This document shows positions 30,493 to 40,987 of a stretch of 64,000 bases of DNA, one piece after another. A program made the translations under genes and the position numbers. The stretch comes from Candidatus Helarchaeota archaeon (GTDB taxonomy: Archaea > Asgardarchaeota > Lokiarchaeia > Helarchaeales > RDOG01): the NCBI GenBank assembly GCA_019058315.1, contig JAHPZH010000004.1:160001-224000 (forward strand). The letters are read 5' to 3'. Positions within the stretch are counted from its first letter, which is position 1; each line of letters begins with the position of its first letter. The notes beneath the pieces are model-generated. The model had not been told where the DNA came from. It was given only the letters and a program-made list of their open reading frames with translations, and ran no database searches.

Positions 30493-30909
30493 ATGGATGA
30501 AATTTTAAAGGACTACAAAGGATTAACAGAAATCTTTAAAGATAAAAAATTAGCTAAATTCGGAGATAATTTAATTAATTTTATTTATTCATTGGCAAAA
30601 TCCATGGTTTTAAAGTCCCCTGAGGGGTGGAAAGTATCCGCTAATGTTCTAGCTCAAGCTATGAGAGATGCTGATATAAGAAAATATGCACCAAAGAGAG
30701 CTTCATCCCATGATATAGGTGATTTCGCAGAGGCTTTAACAGCTTACACATGGTTATCAAAATTAATCACATTAGAAGAAGCTACTGAGATTTTAAGTAG
30801 AAATTTGGAGGGGGGTAATTTTGCGGATATAAAAAAAGAAGAAAGAACCGCAGTTATAGCATTTACTGAATTATTTCGAAAGATTAAGGAAAAATTAAAT
30901 TTGAAGTAA
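30493..30909 (+). CDS. Archaeal ribonuclease III-like protein
   Basis: LAKFGD.LINF..S and GD.AEAL RNase III-like signature; next to tfs as in other archaea. Confidence 0.75.
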   Translation: MDEILKDYKGLTEIFKDKKLAKFGDNLINFIYSLAKSMVLKSPEGWKVSANVLAQAMRDADIRKYAPKRASSHDIGDFAEALTAYTWLSKLITLEEATEILSRNLEGGNFADIKKEERTAVIAFTELFRKIKEKLNLK

Positions 30910-30922
30910 ATTTTAATTCATA

Positions 30923-31228
30923 TTAAGAAGAATCACCATTTAATTCTTCTATCTGTTCTGAAAATATCGTGATAAATTCATCTGATTTATCAACTAATAC
31001 TTTTATAGCGTCTTTTAACGCTTGAATTGGCGACTTTTTTCCATTAGTTTTAACATAAAGTGTAGGCTCTGGCATTAAAGGGTGCTTTATTCGATAACCC
31101 GCAAATTCTACATCTTTATCTTCAAATAAAATAGTTCTAAGTGGAACGCAAAGTGAGTGACCTTCTCCACGAATCTTTATTTCAATAAGATTTTCCTTAT
31201 CATTTTTTGTTAATACTTCTAGTTGCAC
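30923..31228 (-). CDS. rpoL: RNA polymerase subunit L (Rpo11)
   Basis: GEGHSL..LR..L, FAGY...HPL. Confidence 0.93.
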   Translation of the reverse strand: MQLEVLTKNDKENLIEIKIRGEGHSLCVPLRTILFEDKDVEFAGYRIKHPLMPEPTLYVKTNGKKSPIQALKDAIKVLVDKSDEFITIFSEQIEELNGDSS

Positions 31229-31361
31229 CTTAACACCATATTTAAAATATAGAGTTTTTTTATTAATTTAATTCTAAATAATAATTACTTAAATTAGTGG
31301 TTAAGAAATATTAATTTTGTTATTCTATTAAAATTAATCCGATTTTTTATTTATGGTGTAA

Positions 31362-31586
31362 TTGATATTGGGACGGACAAATAAAAAAGAACTTGTAATA
31401 AATATTAAAAATAATAAACAACTTGATTTTATAACCAAAATAAAGAAGAAGTTGAATTTTATTGGTCTTCAAATTATTTTAAAACAAAATTCAATTCATA
31501 TAATCTTAAGTGGTCCACGAGAACGTATTAATTATGCAATTCAAATGATTAAAAAAATTCAAAAGGAAAATAAAGCCGAATCATAA
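31362..31586 (+). CDS. Small basic hypothetical protein, possibly related to the DUF2067 N-terminal domain
   Basis: GGTG SD-like site before TTG; IHIILSGPRERINYAI; sits between csl4 and rpoL where DUF2067 is usual. Confidence 0.45.
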   Translation: MILGRTNKKELVINIKNNKQLDFITKIKKKLNFIGLQIILKQNSIHIILSGPRERINYAIQMIKKIQKENKAES

Positions 31587-32159
31587 TTTCATTGACCCAT
31601 AATCTTTTGCTATTTTTCTTTGCTCGAACCTATTACATGTTGAGCAATAAAGATTCTTCCCTCTAAGCTCTAAGACGGCACCACAAATAACACAGAATGC
31701 TAATATGACACCAAGTGATGAACTCGCGGTAGTTATTTGAAAGAATGTATCCCTATTATCAATTACTTTTGCACGAATAACATCAAATGGTTTAAAAACA
31801 TCTGATATATTATCAACATAACTTTTAGAAACGTTACTTATATGTAAATCTGCTGAGAAAGTAGATCTCGCATTGAATTCATTGTTATTATTAATATCAA
31901 CAATAGCAACTTGCTTTTTAATGGTATCAACTCGCCCTATAACTATATCGTTTACTTCTGGAATTGGTGTTCTTTTGTTTCTTATAACAGAAATAATCCT
32001 TTCTCTCTCATTTATTTGTAAATTACCCAAAACGGTGGCGTATATTTTTCCTTCTTCTTCATATGTCCCTGGACCGGGAAAATACATCTCAATTACACCA
32101 ATTTTTTGGCCAGGGATTACAAAATCACCAGCTTTAAATTCTTTTTCAACATCATTCAT
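31581..32159 (-). CDS. csl4: Exosome RNA-binding cap protein Csl4
   Basis: VIPG..G.GTYE, S1 domain, LGVILAFC..CG...C..C...E.RK.A..YG. Confidence 0.95.
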   Translation of the reverse strand: MNDVEKEFKAGDFVIPGQKIGVIEMYFPGPGTYEEEGKIYATVLGNLQINERERIISVIRNKRTPIPEVNDIVIGRVDTIKKQVAIVDINNNNEFNARSTFSADLHISNVSKSYVDNISDVFKPFDVIRAKVIDNRDTFFQITTASSSLGVILAFCVICGAVLELRGKNLYCSTCNRFEQRKIAKDYGSMKL

Positions 32160-32196
32160 AAATATCGCCTAATTCAAAAATAATTTCAATAATTAT

Positions 32197-32829
32197 TTAT
32201 TTAACAATTCTCCATAAATCCACTTTAACTTTATGTATTTTTTTAGAATGAAAATGAAATTGATGAGGAATTAACAATTCCATTTCTATCATACTATCAA
32301 TTTTCCCATTCATCTCATGGATGATTTTTTTTAAAAAAATTCGATTTTTTTCACCACTTTTATGCAGTGTATATATGATATTTCCTAATTCTAACGCCTT
32401 TTTTAAAAAAATTACATCTTGTCCCTTTGTCTGTACACCAAAGGGTGGATTTTGCAATACTATTTCGGCTCTTTTAGAACATTGAGAAATATCTTGTTCA
32501 ATCCATTCAATATCTGTACAACCACTTTTAATTGCATTGTTTTTTGCGATTTCTATGGCAATAGGATCAATATCAACTGCATAAACTTTTTTTGCACCTA
32601 ATAGAGATGCACCTATTGCTAGTCTACCAGTTCCACAACCTAGATCAAGAATTAGTTTATCGTATATGTCATTATTAGTGAAGTTTGCAAAATATAAAAT
32701 GTTAGCAGCGGTTTTTGCATCAATAGGGTATTGTTCCAAAGAGGGTTTTGGTTTGGGATGTGTATCCAAATTTTGTAGTAATATTTCTAATTTTTTCCTT
32801 GACATTAAGTTGGGAACGTTTCTTGACAA
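32197..32829 (-). CDS. METTL5-family N6-adenine RNA methyltransferase
   Basis: LEQYP, LDLGCGTG, NPPFG, FH. Confidence 0.9.
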   Translation of the reverse strand: MSRNVPNLMSRKKLEILLQNLDTHPKPKPSLEQYPIDAKTAANILYFANFTNNDIYDKLILDLGCGTGRLAIGASLLGAKKVYAVDIDPIAIEIAKNNAIKSGCTDIEWIEQDISQCSKRAEIVLQNPPFGVQTKGQDVIFLKKALELGNIIYTLHKSGEKNRIFLKKIIHEMNGKIDSMIEMELLIPHQFHFHSKKIHKVKVDLWRIVK

Positions 32830-32903
32830 TTTTAGCTCGCCAATTATTATAATGAAATGTTTATATTTTAAAGCTGATAAAATTTCACTTATATTATAGA
32901 TTC

Positions 32904-33848
32904 TTGGTGATTAAAAAAATGCCGAACGGAAAACCAGGGTTTAAAATTGTGTTTGCTGGGCTTGATAATGCTGGTAAAACAAGTATAATATTGACAATTG
33001 ACGAGAAATATAGCAAATTACGCAATTTAAAACCAACTTTAGGCGCAGAAACTTATGGATTTGAAATATTAGGTATTCCAATTATGCGTTGGGATCTTGG
33101 TGGTCAGAAAAATCTACGAGAGCAATTTGTTCGCGATAAAAAACATTTTGAAAATACCGACTTGCTTTGTTACGTCATAGATATTATGGATTATAAAAGG
33201 TTTTATGAAAGCCTTACGTATTTATTCCAAATTATCGAGATCTTTGAAAGTTCGGGTGAAAAACCAAAAATTGTGGTATTTCTCCACAAAGTAGATCCTG
33301 ATATTGCACATGAAGAAAGAATCCAAAGTAAAATATTAGAAGCAAAAAATATGTTTGAGGGCGATGCGAAATTAAAAGAATATGATATTATATTTTTTGA
33401 AACTTCAATATACAATCCTTGGTCCTTATTAAAGGCATTTTCATATGGGATCACAAGTTTATCCACACATAAAGCAAAAGATTTTAAACAAGAACTAAAT
33501 GATTTTCTCAAAAGCACAAATTCAACAGCTGTCGTAATTTTAGACAAAAATATGATTTCCCTAGGGGAGGTTTATAGTGATGATCTTACGCAGACACTTA
33601 TTGATAAGATGACTCCTGATTTAATTCGTGCTTACAATAACTTGAGGGGTATAAGTGTCTATAAAATTGAAAAATTAATTGTTGAACTTAGTGATCAATA
33701 TCTGCTATTAACTCAAATGAATTTAAAAAAAGGGTCATTTTACATAGTTCTTCTAACAAACGAAGAAAAAATATCCGAATTAATAAAAAAATCGATACCC
33801 AATTTGTCTGTGAGAATAGAAAAAATCATTGAGGGCTTCTTTTTATAA
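32904..33848 (+). CDS. Small GTPase (Arf/Rag-like) fused to C-terminal roadblock-like domain
   Basis: GLDNAGKT, PTLG, WDLGGQ, HKVD, ETSIY; ~120-aa C-terminal alpha/beta domain (AVVILDKN). Confidence 0.88.
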   Translation: MVIKKMPNGKPGFKIVFAGLDNAGKTSIILTIDEKYSKLRNLKPTLGAETYGFEILGIPIMRWDLGGQKNLREQFVRDKKHFENTDLLCYVIDIMDYKRFYESLTYLFQIIEIFESSGEKPKIVVFLHKVDPDIAHEERIQSKILEAKNMFEGDAKLKEYDIIFFETSIYNPWSLLKAFSYGITSLSTHKAKDFKQELNDFLKSTNSTAVVILDKNMISLGEVYSDDLTQTLIDKMTPDLIRAYNNLRGISVYKIEKLIVELSDQYLLLTQMNLKKGSFYIVLLTNEEKISELIKKSIPNLSVRIEKIIEGFFL

Positions 33849-33896
33849 ATTTAAAAACTATTTTAATCTTTAACCAAAAATAGTTAAGGATTACAT

Positions 33897-35183
33897 TTAA
33901 GAAACTGCATTTAAGATTTTTGACAATATTATATCAAGTGTGATCTGGTTATGAGGGGGATCTATTGATTTTTGAAGTTTTACTTGTTCGAGATCTGTTC
34001 TAAGAGCTGTTCCACTACTTTCAATACCCGCAAAAGTTGTCGGAATTATAACATCTGCAATTTCAGCTGTTAAATTATATAATGGGTCAATATAAATGAT
34101 TTTTTTATCTTTTAAAAATTTCATATGAGAATAAGGAAGATTTGAAAGTGGGTTTGCTCCAATAATTAAAATGACATCACTTTCATTATTAATTATTAAA
34201 TTATGAAATTTCAAATCTTCATAACTTCTATCTTCACCATTTTTAAAGTCTGCGTTAATTTTTTTTGTGGAATTATCTTGAAGTACCTTATTAAACCCGA
34301 CCATGTTATAATGGCCACTCATCGGCATAGCATAAAAATTTAAATTTAATTTTTTCAACTCAAAAAATAAATTATTCAATTCTTGAAGATTTTGGGAAGC
34401 ATTGCTTCCCATAATAAATCCTAAGCCGAAAAAAATCACTCCAAATCTTGCAGATTTTAGGTTTGATATTAATTCTCTAATATCTTTTTGAGAGATTCCT
34501 GCGACATCCTTGAAAATTTGTTCCCCTCTAAGTCCACTAACTATAGTTTTTAATAAAATATGATCTTCTTCTGGAGTTATTTTAAGAAATAGATCTGAAA
34601 TTGACCTAGTTTCGGTCCTTCTAATGTCTATATATACAACATATCGATCTTCCTTTCCTTTCTCTGTATTTTTGCCCCTTGCTAATACTGAATATTTACT
34701 AATTAGTCGTAAATGTGACGCGCTTGGATTACATCCCCAAAATACAATAAAATCTGCATAATCTCGTAAATCTTTAAATTTAGGGATTGGAATTGATTTT
34801 TCTTTTAAAAATATCAACGAAGGAATATGACAAATGGAACCAGGTGTATCTACAATTCCCCCAATTTTTTTTGCTAATTCAATACCTAATTTTTGTTCTT
34901 CACATGTTGTAGAAATTAAACCATAAATTATAGGTCTCTTGGCATTTTTTATATATTCTATCGCCTTATCTATTGCCTCATTAAATGTGACATTTTTTAG
35001 ATTCCCGTCTATACGAATTGAAGGATTCTGAAGTCTTATTTCAGAATTATAGCTCATAAAATGTGCATATCCTCTATTACATGCATTATAAATATGCTCT
35101 ATTTGGTTATTTTTAGTTTCAAGTAAGATATCATCACATAATAAGGAACAACCTGAACAAACAACTTGTATCTTTTTTGACAT
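33897..35183 (-). CDS. fwdB: Formylmethanofuran dehydrogenase subunit B-like
   Basis: CSGCSLLCDD..C..G 4Fe-4S motif, ICH, WGCNP..SH.R, GHYN, GTALR.D. Confidence 0.88.
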   Translation of the reverse strand: MSKKIQVVCSGCSLLCDDILLETKNNQIEHIYNACNRGYAHFMSYNSEIRLQNPSIRIDGNLKNVTFNEAIDKAIEYIKNAKRPIIYGLISTTCEEQKLGIELAKKIGGIVDTPGSICHIPSLIFLKEKSIPIPKFKDLRDYADFIVFWGCNPSASHLRLISKYSVLARGKNTEKGKEDRYVVYIDIRRTETRSISDLFLKITPEEDHILLKTIVSGLRGEQIFKDVAGISQKDIRELISNLKSARFGVIFFGLGFIMGSNASQNLQELNNLFFELKKLNLNFYAMPMSGHYNMVGFNKVLQDNSTKKINADFKNGEDRSYEDLKFHNLIINNESDVILIIGANPLSNLPYSHMKFLKDKKIIYIDPLYNLTAEIADVIIPTTFAGIESSGTALRTDLEQVKLQKSIDPPHNQITLDIILSKILNAVS

Positions 35184-35243
35184 GCTCTTTCCTTCATATT
35201 ATTATATTAAAATTTAGAAAATAACAAGATTATTAAAATTCCA

Positions 35244-35666
35244 TTAATTTTTTTTTCCAAATAAGGATCTAATATCTGTAACTTCATCCTTGGTTACTTC
35301 AACATTCACCTCTAAATTTTTCAACTGTAGTTTACTATTTTCTGCTCCAGATATTTGGTTTGCCCAAGGACCTAACGGAAGAAATACTATTCCCTCTTCT
35401 GTATCTTTTTCTGATTCAATTGCTTTAACTATTACACTCCCAAATTTAGAAGTCAAACGTACATTTCCTTCTTTTATCCCTAATAATTTTATGTCTTGAG
35501 GATGAATTAGACAAATTGCCATGGCATTTACATATTCTGAAGACAATATCGATTTATCACTCATTACACTTTGAGGAACTGTTCTAATGATTGAAGCTAA
35601 TAATTTGATTTTAGGAACTAAATACTTATAAAAAGAGTCTTCATCACTCAATCTGTTCACAACCAA
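35244..35666 (-). CDS. fwdD: Formylmethanofuran dehydrogenase subunit D-like (molybdopterin dinucleotide-binding)
   Basis: RT..Q, GSVIV, GIVFLPLGPWAN; directly upstream of fwdB. Confidence 0.85.
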   Translation of the reverse strand: MVVNRLSDEDSFYKYLVPKIKLLASIIRTVPQSVMSDKSILSSEYVNAMAICLIHPQDIKLLGIKEGNVRLTSKFGSVIVKAIESEKDTEEGIVFLPLGPWANQISGAENSKLQLKNLEVNVEVTKDEVTDIRSLFGKKN

Positions 35667-35737
35667 ATTAAAAACAAATTAGTTCTTATCTCTAATTTGA
35701 AATACGGTCGAAAATTATTTAAAAATTTGGATTATTA

Positions 35738-36322
35738 ATGAAACATAAAAGATTAATGAAGGAGGAAATTTTTTTGATCCTTCCAGATTATGAAATACTT
35801 GATTTGATAAAAAAGAATGAGATAAAGATTGAACCCTTTAAAGAAGAAAATGTAGGACCTTGCTCAGTTGATTTACACTTAGATAATATATTTAGTGTCT
35901 TTAAAATGGGTATAGTGGTGGATCCTAAAGATAATGATTCCATTAACTCTGCAATAGAGAATATCATGGTTAAGGATAATGAATTTTTCATTATTGCACC
36001 TGGTCAATTTGTATTGGCATCTACAGTTGAAACAATTTCAATCCCCAAAAATATTGCTGCAACTCTAGAAGGGCTTTCTTCAGTGGCTAGACTTGGGATT
36101 ACTGTTCATGCTGCAGGACTAGTTAATGCAGGAACAGGGAGTCAGAAACCAACAACTCTTACTTTAGAAATAACATGTCAAAATAGCTCACCTGTTAAAC
36201 TCTATCCTGGGATGAGAATTGTCCAAATAATATTTCATCGATTAGAAAGTGGAGCAAAAACTGGTTACGATGAAAGAAAATCATCACGTTATATAGGACA
36301 AAAAAAGCAAATTTTAATTTAA
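35738..36322 (+). CDS. dcd: dCTP deaminase
   Basis: P.SVDL.L, SS.ARLG, TLEI, MRIVQ..F, Y.GQ. Likely start TTG 35774 after GGAGG. Confidence 0.88.
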   Translation: MKHKRLMKEEIFLILPDYEILDLIKKNEIKIEPFKEENVGPCSVDLHLDNIFSVFKMGIVVDPKDNDSINSAIENIMVKDNEFFIIAPGQFVLASTVETISIPKNIAATLEGLSSVARLGITVHAAGLVNAGTGSQKPTTLTLEITCQNSSPVKLYPGMRIVQIIFHRLESGAKTGYDERKSSRYIGQKKQILI

Positions 36323-36334
36323 AGATAAAAAAAA

Positions 36335-37654
36335 TTATTGAAATTTTTTAAAAGCGGTCTTAAAGTCCTTTCCAGCGTACACGGCGTTATTTCCTAATTC
36401 CTCATTTATTCTTAAAATTTGATTATATTTACATATTCGTTCAGATCGGCTAATACCACCAGTTTTAATTAAACCACAGCATAAACCAACAGCAAGATCC
36501 GCAATAAAACTGTCTTCAGTTTCACCTGATCGATGTGAAACTATTACCGAAAAGTCATTTTTATATGATAACTGAGCAGCTTCAATAGATTCAGTTAATG
36601 ATCCGCATTGATTGACTTTTAATAGCAATGCATTAGCAGATTTCAAATCAATACCCTTCTGTAATCTCTTAACTTGAGTAACAAATAAGTCATCTCCAAC
36701 AATCAAGCTTTTGTTGCCAACTTCTTTAGTAATTTTTGTAAAACTCTCGAAATCATCTTCATCAAATGGGTCTTCTAATGATGCAATGGGATATTCATTT
36801 ATTATCGCTTTATAAAATTCAATAAGTTCTCCAGAACTAATTGACTTACCATCAATGTTATATTTTCCTTTTTCGTAGAATTCAGAAGCCGCAGCATCCA
36901 TAGCAAATACAAAATCAGTTTTTGGATTATAACCAGCAGATTCGATTGATTTTATAAGAGAATTTAATGCTTCTCTAGTAGTTTCAATTGCTGGTGCGAA
37001 TCCTCCTTCATCTCCCACATTAATAGAATTCTTTCCATAAGTTTTTTTAATATAATTCTTCAAATGATGGTATACTTCACTCACAGTACGCATAGCTTCA
37101 TCGAAACTCTTTGCTCCAATTGGCATAATCATAAATTCTTGAATAGCAAGGTCTGAACCTGCATGCTTGCCTCCATTTATTACATTTGACATAGGAACTG
37201 GCAGTAGATATTGATTTGTAGTTTTATCATGACTCAGAGAATATAAATACTGGTAAAGTGGAATTTTTTTACTTAATGCCGCAGCTCTAGCAGATGCTAG
37301 TGATACTGATAGTATTGCGTTTGCCCCTAATTTAGACTTATTATCAGTTCCGTCTAATTTAAGCATTAGCTCATCAATTTCATTTTGGTTTTCTACGCTT
37401 TTACCAATTAATTTAGGAATTATTATTGAATTAATATTATTAATTGCTTTCTTTACTCCTTTTCCCATAAATCGAGTCTTATCCTTATCACGAAGTTCCA
37501 ATGCTTCATGCTCTCCGGTAGAGGCTCCTGAAGGAACTGCAGCTCTACCAATAATATTATCCTCTAGAATTACGTCGGTTTCTACCGTGGGATTACCACG
37601 ACTATCTAAAATCCATCTTGCTTGAATTTTTTTTATCTTAAAACTGTTTCCCAT
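36335..37654 (-). CDS. eno: Enolase
   Basis: [38 protein letters not shown]. Confidence 0.98.
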   Translation of the reverse strand: MGNSFKIKKIQARWILDSRGNPTVETDVILEDNIIGRAAVPSGASTGEHEALELRDKDKTRFMGKGVKKAINNINSIIIPKLIGKSVENQNEIDELMLKLDGTDNKSKLGANAILSVSLASARAAALSKKIPLYQYLYSLSHDKTTNQYLLPVPMSNVINGGKHAGSDLAIQEFMIMPIGAKSFDEAMRTVSEVYHHLKNYIKKTYGKNSINVGDEGGFAPAIETTREALNSLIKSIESAGYNPKTDFVFAMDAAASEFYEKGKYNIDGKSISSGELIEFYKAIINEYPIASLEDPFDEDDFESFTKITKEVGNKSLIVGDDLFVTQVKRLQKGIDLKSANALLLKVNQCGSLTESIEAAQLSYKNDFSVIVSHRSGETEDSFIADLAVGLCCGLIKTGGISRSERICKYNQILRINEELGNNAVYAGKDFKTAFKKFQ

Positions 37655-38067
37655 TCATATTACCTCTAATCTCAGTTTTTATAATAAATGGCGTTTTATT
37701 GAATCTTTAAATCATTAAGATTTCGTTTTTTTTAAAATTATATTAAAAAATTTAATTCAATATTTTAAGATTTGGTTTTATTTTATTAAATTTCGATTTA
37801 TTTAAAAACAATTTAGATTTTTAGTAATATTTTTTTTAAATATGATTAAAATTTTTAAACAAAATACCTAGTAATAATAATTTGATATGTAACATTATTG
37901 ACATATCTCAAAAGGAATAATATAAATATGGTAAAATTCTCAATGTAAATATACAACTATTACGATTTTCATAAAAATAATTGCGAGATTCATAATATAA
38001 AAATTAAAAAATTTCAATATGAGGGATCAAATTATTAAAAGATTCAGAGAAATTCGGACTTAAGACA

Positions 38068-39837
38068 TTGGATTCTTTACTTGGTGGTGGAATATCTGCA
38101 GGAAGCTCGATTCTAATTGTCTCGGATCATCAAGCCACCAAAAAACAGTATTTTTCTTCCCACTTCGCTACAGAAATCCTTGGTTCCTCCCAAAATGAGG
38201 ATAGCCATGTCTTTAATGTAGTGTATTCTTACCCCGTTCATCAGGTTTTTGTTTTATATACAGATCCTATTATAAAAAAGGCTATAGAAGATAGAAAATT
38301 TACAGTTATAAACTGCTATGGCCTAACCAGCTCTCCTGACGAATTTAAAAAGTATTCAATTACCCATTTGGAAAACCCAAATGATGTAAATAAATTAAGA
38401 TATTTGATAGGGACAATACGTGAAGAAAAATGCGGGATAGGATGTTCTACAAGATGGATTTTTGATGATATAACAAATATGGTCATTACTATTGGCTCCG
38501 AGGACAGAGTGCTTCAGTTTTTAAGAGAAATGTTTTACATTCTTAAAACTTACGGTGATTTAGGTCTATTTTATGTAGATAGGAATGCACACTCACCAAA
38601 ATTTGTTTCTTCATTAGAAAATATGGTTGAGACCGTAATTAATCTATCAGTAAAGGATGTATCTTCTGTATTTGTACCTCATTTAAGATGTGTTAAAAAT
38701 AGGTTTTTTGGAGAAGAATTGATAAGTTACGAAGTTCCATATACCGTTCAAAAAGGAAAAATTGTATTGCAATCAGATATTTTTGATAATTTTGAATCAA
38801 CAAAGAAAAATCTAATTATTCAACCTGGTGGAGCAATTGAACTTTTTGGTTCGGAATATATAATATCCACTAAAGACGGTCTCATTAACAATATTAAATC
38901 TTATTATGATTCAGTGAATTATGATACTTATAGAAAGGTTTCATTTGATAATGGAAAAGATATGGGAAAGAAGATCTATCAAGACTTTGTAAATAAGCTA
39001 AGAACTAATTCTAAAACTACATTATACGATTTAACAAAATTATTCAATTCATTAGGGATGGGAACACTAAAAATAGAAAAGCTAGATTTAGAAAAAGGTG
39101 TGGCAATTATTCATGGTAATGATCTTTTTCACTGGAAAGCTGCTGTTCGTCCAATACATGCCGAATTAAGTGGGATTTTTGCAGGAGTTAACGAAATGAT
39201 CACAGGGGAACCTTGGGAGTTTATTGAAACTCGCTGTAAGGCTACAGGTGATGATTTTTGTGAATTTCTGGGTGGACCTTTGCGAGAACTTGCTCCTATT
39301 AGTCAAGATATCATGAGCATTAAAAAAGATTTAGAAATTACTCGTGAGGGAGAGTTAATACTTCGTGGTACAAGAATCTTATTGATGCCTAGGGGTACAC
39401 TAATACATATAGTCGAGGCTGTAGAAGATATAACAAATAGAGAAACAGCAAAGGAGATTCTTTACCATGCAGGAGAAAAAATGGCAATGCAATTTTGTAA
39501 TGTCTTATCTTCTAAATATAATTTACAAGGAATCGCGATACTACGTGCATATGCTCAAATAATCTCGACTCGTGGTTGGGGTGTAGTTGAGATTCAAGAT
39601 ATTGATATCGAGAAAGGTATGATGAGAGCATTGGTAAAACAGTCTCTTATTGGAAGTGGCAAACACCTAAGACCAGAATCACAAGATTATATTCCTGCTG
39701 GAGTTTTTGCAGGAATCATGGAATATATTACAAAGATGAAATTATCTTGTGAAGAGATTAAATGTGTTGCAAAGGGTGATAATGTCTGTGAATTTGTTGT
39801 TAAACCATACGAAACAACAAGTAAAACAGTCCTGTAA
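38068..39837 (+). CDS. Degenerate KaiC/RAD55-like ATPase domain fused to two V4R domains
   Basis: LDSLLGGGI start motif, Walker A degraded to SDHQATKK, WIFDD, K.R (KNR); two E..C.A.GD..CEF V4R motifs. Start codon uncertain. Confidence 0.85.
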   Translation: MDSLLGGGISAGSSILIVSDHQATKKQYFSSHFATEILGSSQNEDSHVFNVVYSYPVHQVFVLYTDPIIKKAIEDRKFTVINCYGLTSSPDEFKKYSITHLENPNDVNKLRYLIGTIREEKCGIGCSTRWIFDDITNMVITIGSEDRVLQFLREMFYILKTYGDLGLFYVDRNAHSPKFVSSLENMVETVINLSVKDVSSVFVPHLRCVKNRFFGEELISYEVPYTVQKGKIVLQSDIFDNFESTKKNLIIQPGGAIELFGSEYIISTKDGLINNIKSYYDSVNYDTYRKVSFDNGKDMGKKIYQDFVNKLRTNSKTTLYDLTKLFNSLGMGTLKIEKLDLEKGVAIIHGNDLFHWKAAVRPIHAELSGIFAGVNEMITGEPWEFIETRCKATGDDFCEFLGGPLRELAPISQDIMSIKKDLEITREGELILRGTRILLMPRGTLIHIVEAVEDITNRETAKEILYHAGEKMAMQFCNVLSSKYNLQGIAILRAYAQIISTRGWGVVEIQDIDIEKGMMRALVKQSLIGSGKHLRPESQDYIPAGVFAGIMEYITKMKLSCEEIKCVAKGDNVCEFVVKPYETTSKTVL

Positions 39838-40020
39838 ATAAAAATTTCATCTAATCAATAAAATATTTAGTTTAAATTTAACATCAAAAAAATACTATTT
39901 TCCGAATTTTTAATATAATATTAAATTTGTTTTGATATTTGTAAATTAAATAGTGAATTTTTCATTCTTTAAATTTTAATTTTTTTACATTCTTTTAAAA
40001 TGATGAGTTGAAGCTCTAGG

Positions 40021-40926
40021 TTGAATTTTTCAAATTTCAAAGTGAAATCAGTTATAATTGGAGAAAATGAAGAGTATAAATCGAGACTCTTTAGGGTTGT
40101 TTCCGCATCACACTTTCAAAGGACCTACAAGAATATTGTGGGTGTGGATATAGGTGTTACTCATATTTCTGTAAATAATATGAACATTACACTCGCTCTA
40201 TGGGACTGTTTATGTCGAGGGCGATCAAATATTTTTAGAACTGGCTTTTATAAAGGAAGCGATGGAGCAATTTTATGTTATGATGCGAATTCTGTTGCCA
40301 ATATTAAAATGTATATTAATGAATTCCAAGAATTTAGCAGAAAAAATCTCCCTATTCTTCTTATTTATATAAAACGGAATGAACAGGATTCATTCTTTCT
40401 TCCAACAAATGAAAATAACATAATAAAACTTCAAGATTTAGAGGAAGCATTAAATTGGTTTGCAAAGAACATGGTAGATAGTAATAGGAAATTCGAAGTG
40501 GGCTATTTAGAATTGTTAGGGGATTCTTTGCCCGAGATTATTACACCTCCTGATATCTCTTATGAAGTCAGCCATCCAGAAGTATTAAGTTCAATAATTA
40601 AAAGTATGGGGTTTAAAGTTTTAGATGAGGAAAAGGTGCATATATTAAAAGAGAAGGCACTTTTTTCAGTAAATTTAATTAATGCAAATGTAAAAATTTA
40701 TCCTTTAATTTGTGAAGAGTGCAGAAGAAATTGTAAGAAAGAAAAAAACATTTGCATTGTTTTAAGTACAAAAGGTTGGTCTTCTTTTTCCTCTTTGTCT
40801 CAAAAAGATTTATTAATTCTTTCTAAAATTTATGCATTAGCAAATTTACCTTATGAGGAGTTTCCAATAGGAATAAAAAATCAAATTAATAATATTTTAT
40901 ATTGCTCAAAATTTAGAAAAAAATAA
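40021..40926 (+). CDS. Rab-like pseudo-GTPase with C-terminal Cys-rich domain
   Basis: Rab-like fold motifs (VGVD, LALWD, FYKGSDGAILCYD) but G1/G3/G4 degenerate; CEECRRNC..C..C tail. Confidence 0.75.
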   Translation: MNFSNFKVKSVIIGENEEYKSRLFRVVSASHFQRTYKNIVGVDIGVTHISVNNMNITLALWDCLCRGRSNIFRTGFYKGSDGAILCYDANSVANIKMYINEFQEFSRKNLPILLIYIKRNEQDSFFLPTNENNIIKLQDLEEALNWFAKNMVDSNRKFEVGYLELLGDSLPEIITPPDISYEVSHPEVLSSIIKSMGFKVLDEEKVHILKEKALFSVNLINANVKIYPLICEECRRNCKKEKNICIVLSTKGWSSFSSLSQKDLLILSKIYALANLPYEEFPIGIKNQINNILYCSKFRKK

Positions 40927-40987
40927 TAAACTGGTTTTTCAATAAAATTGTGATATACACTAATTCAAATTTATAGTAAGTGATTTT

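Noticed and set aside
37655-38020. Long AT-rich spacer as a replication origin
   Set aside because: No ORB-like repeats with G-strings and no cdc6/orc1 nearby; adequately explained as a divergent promoter region.
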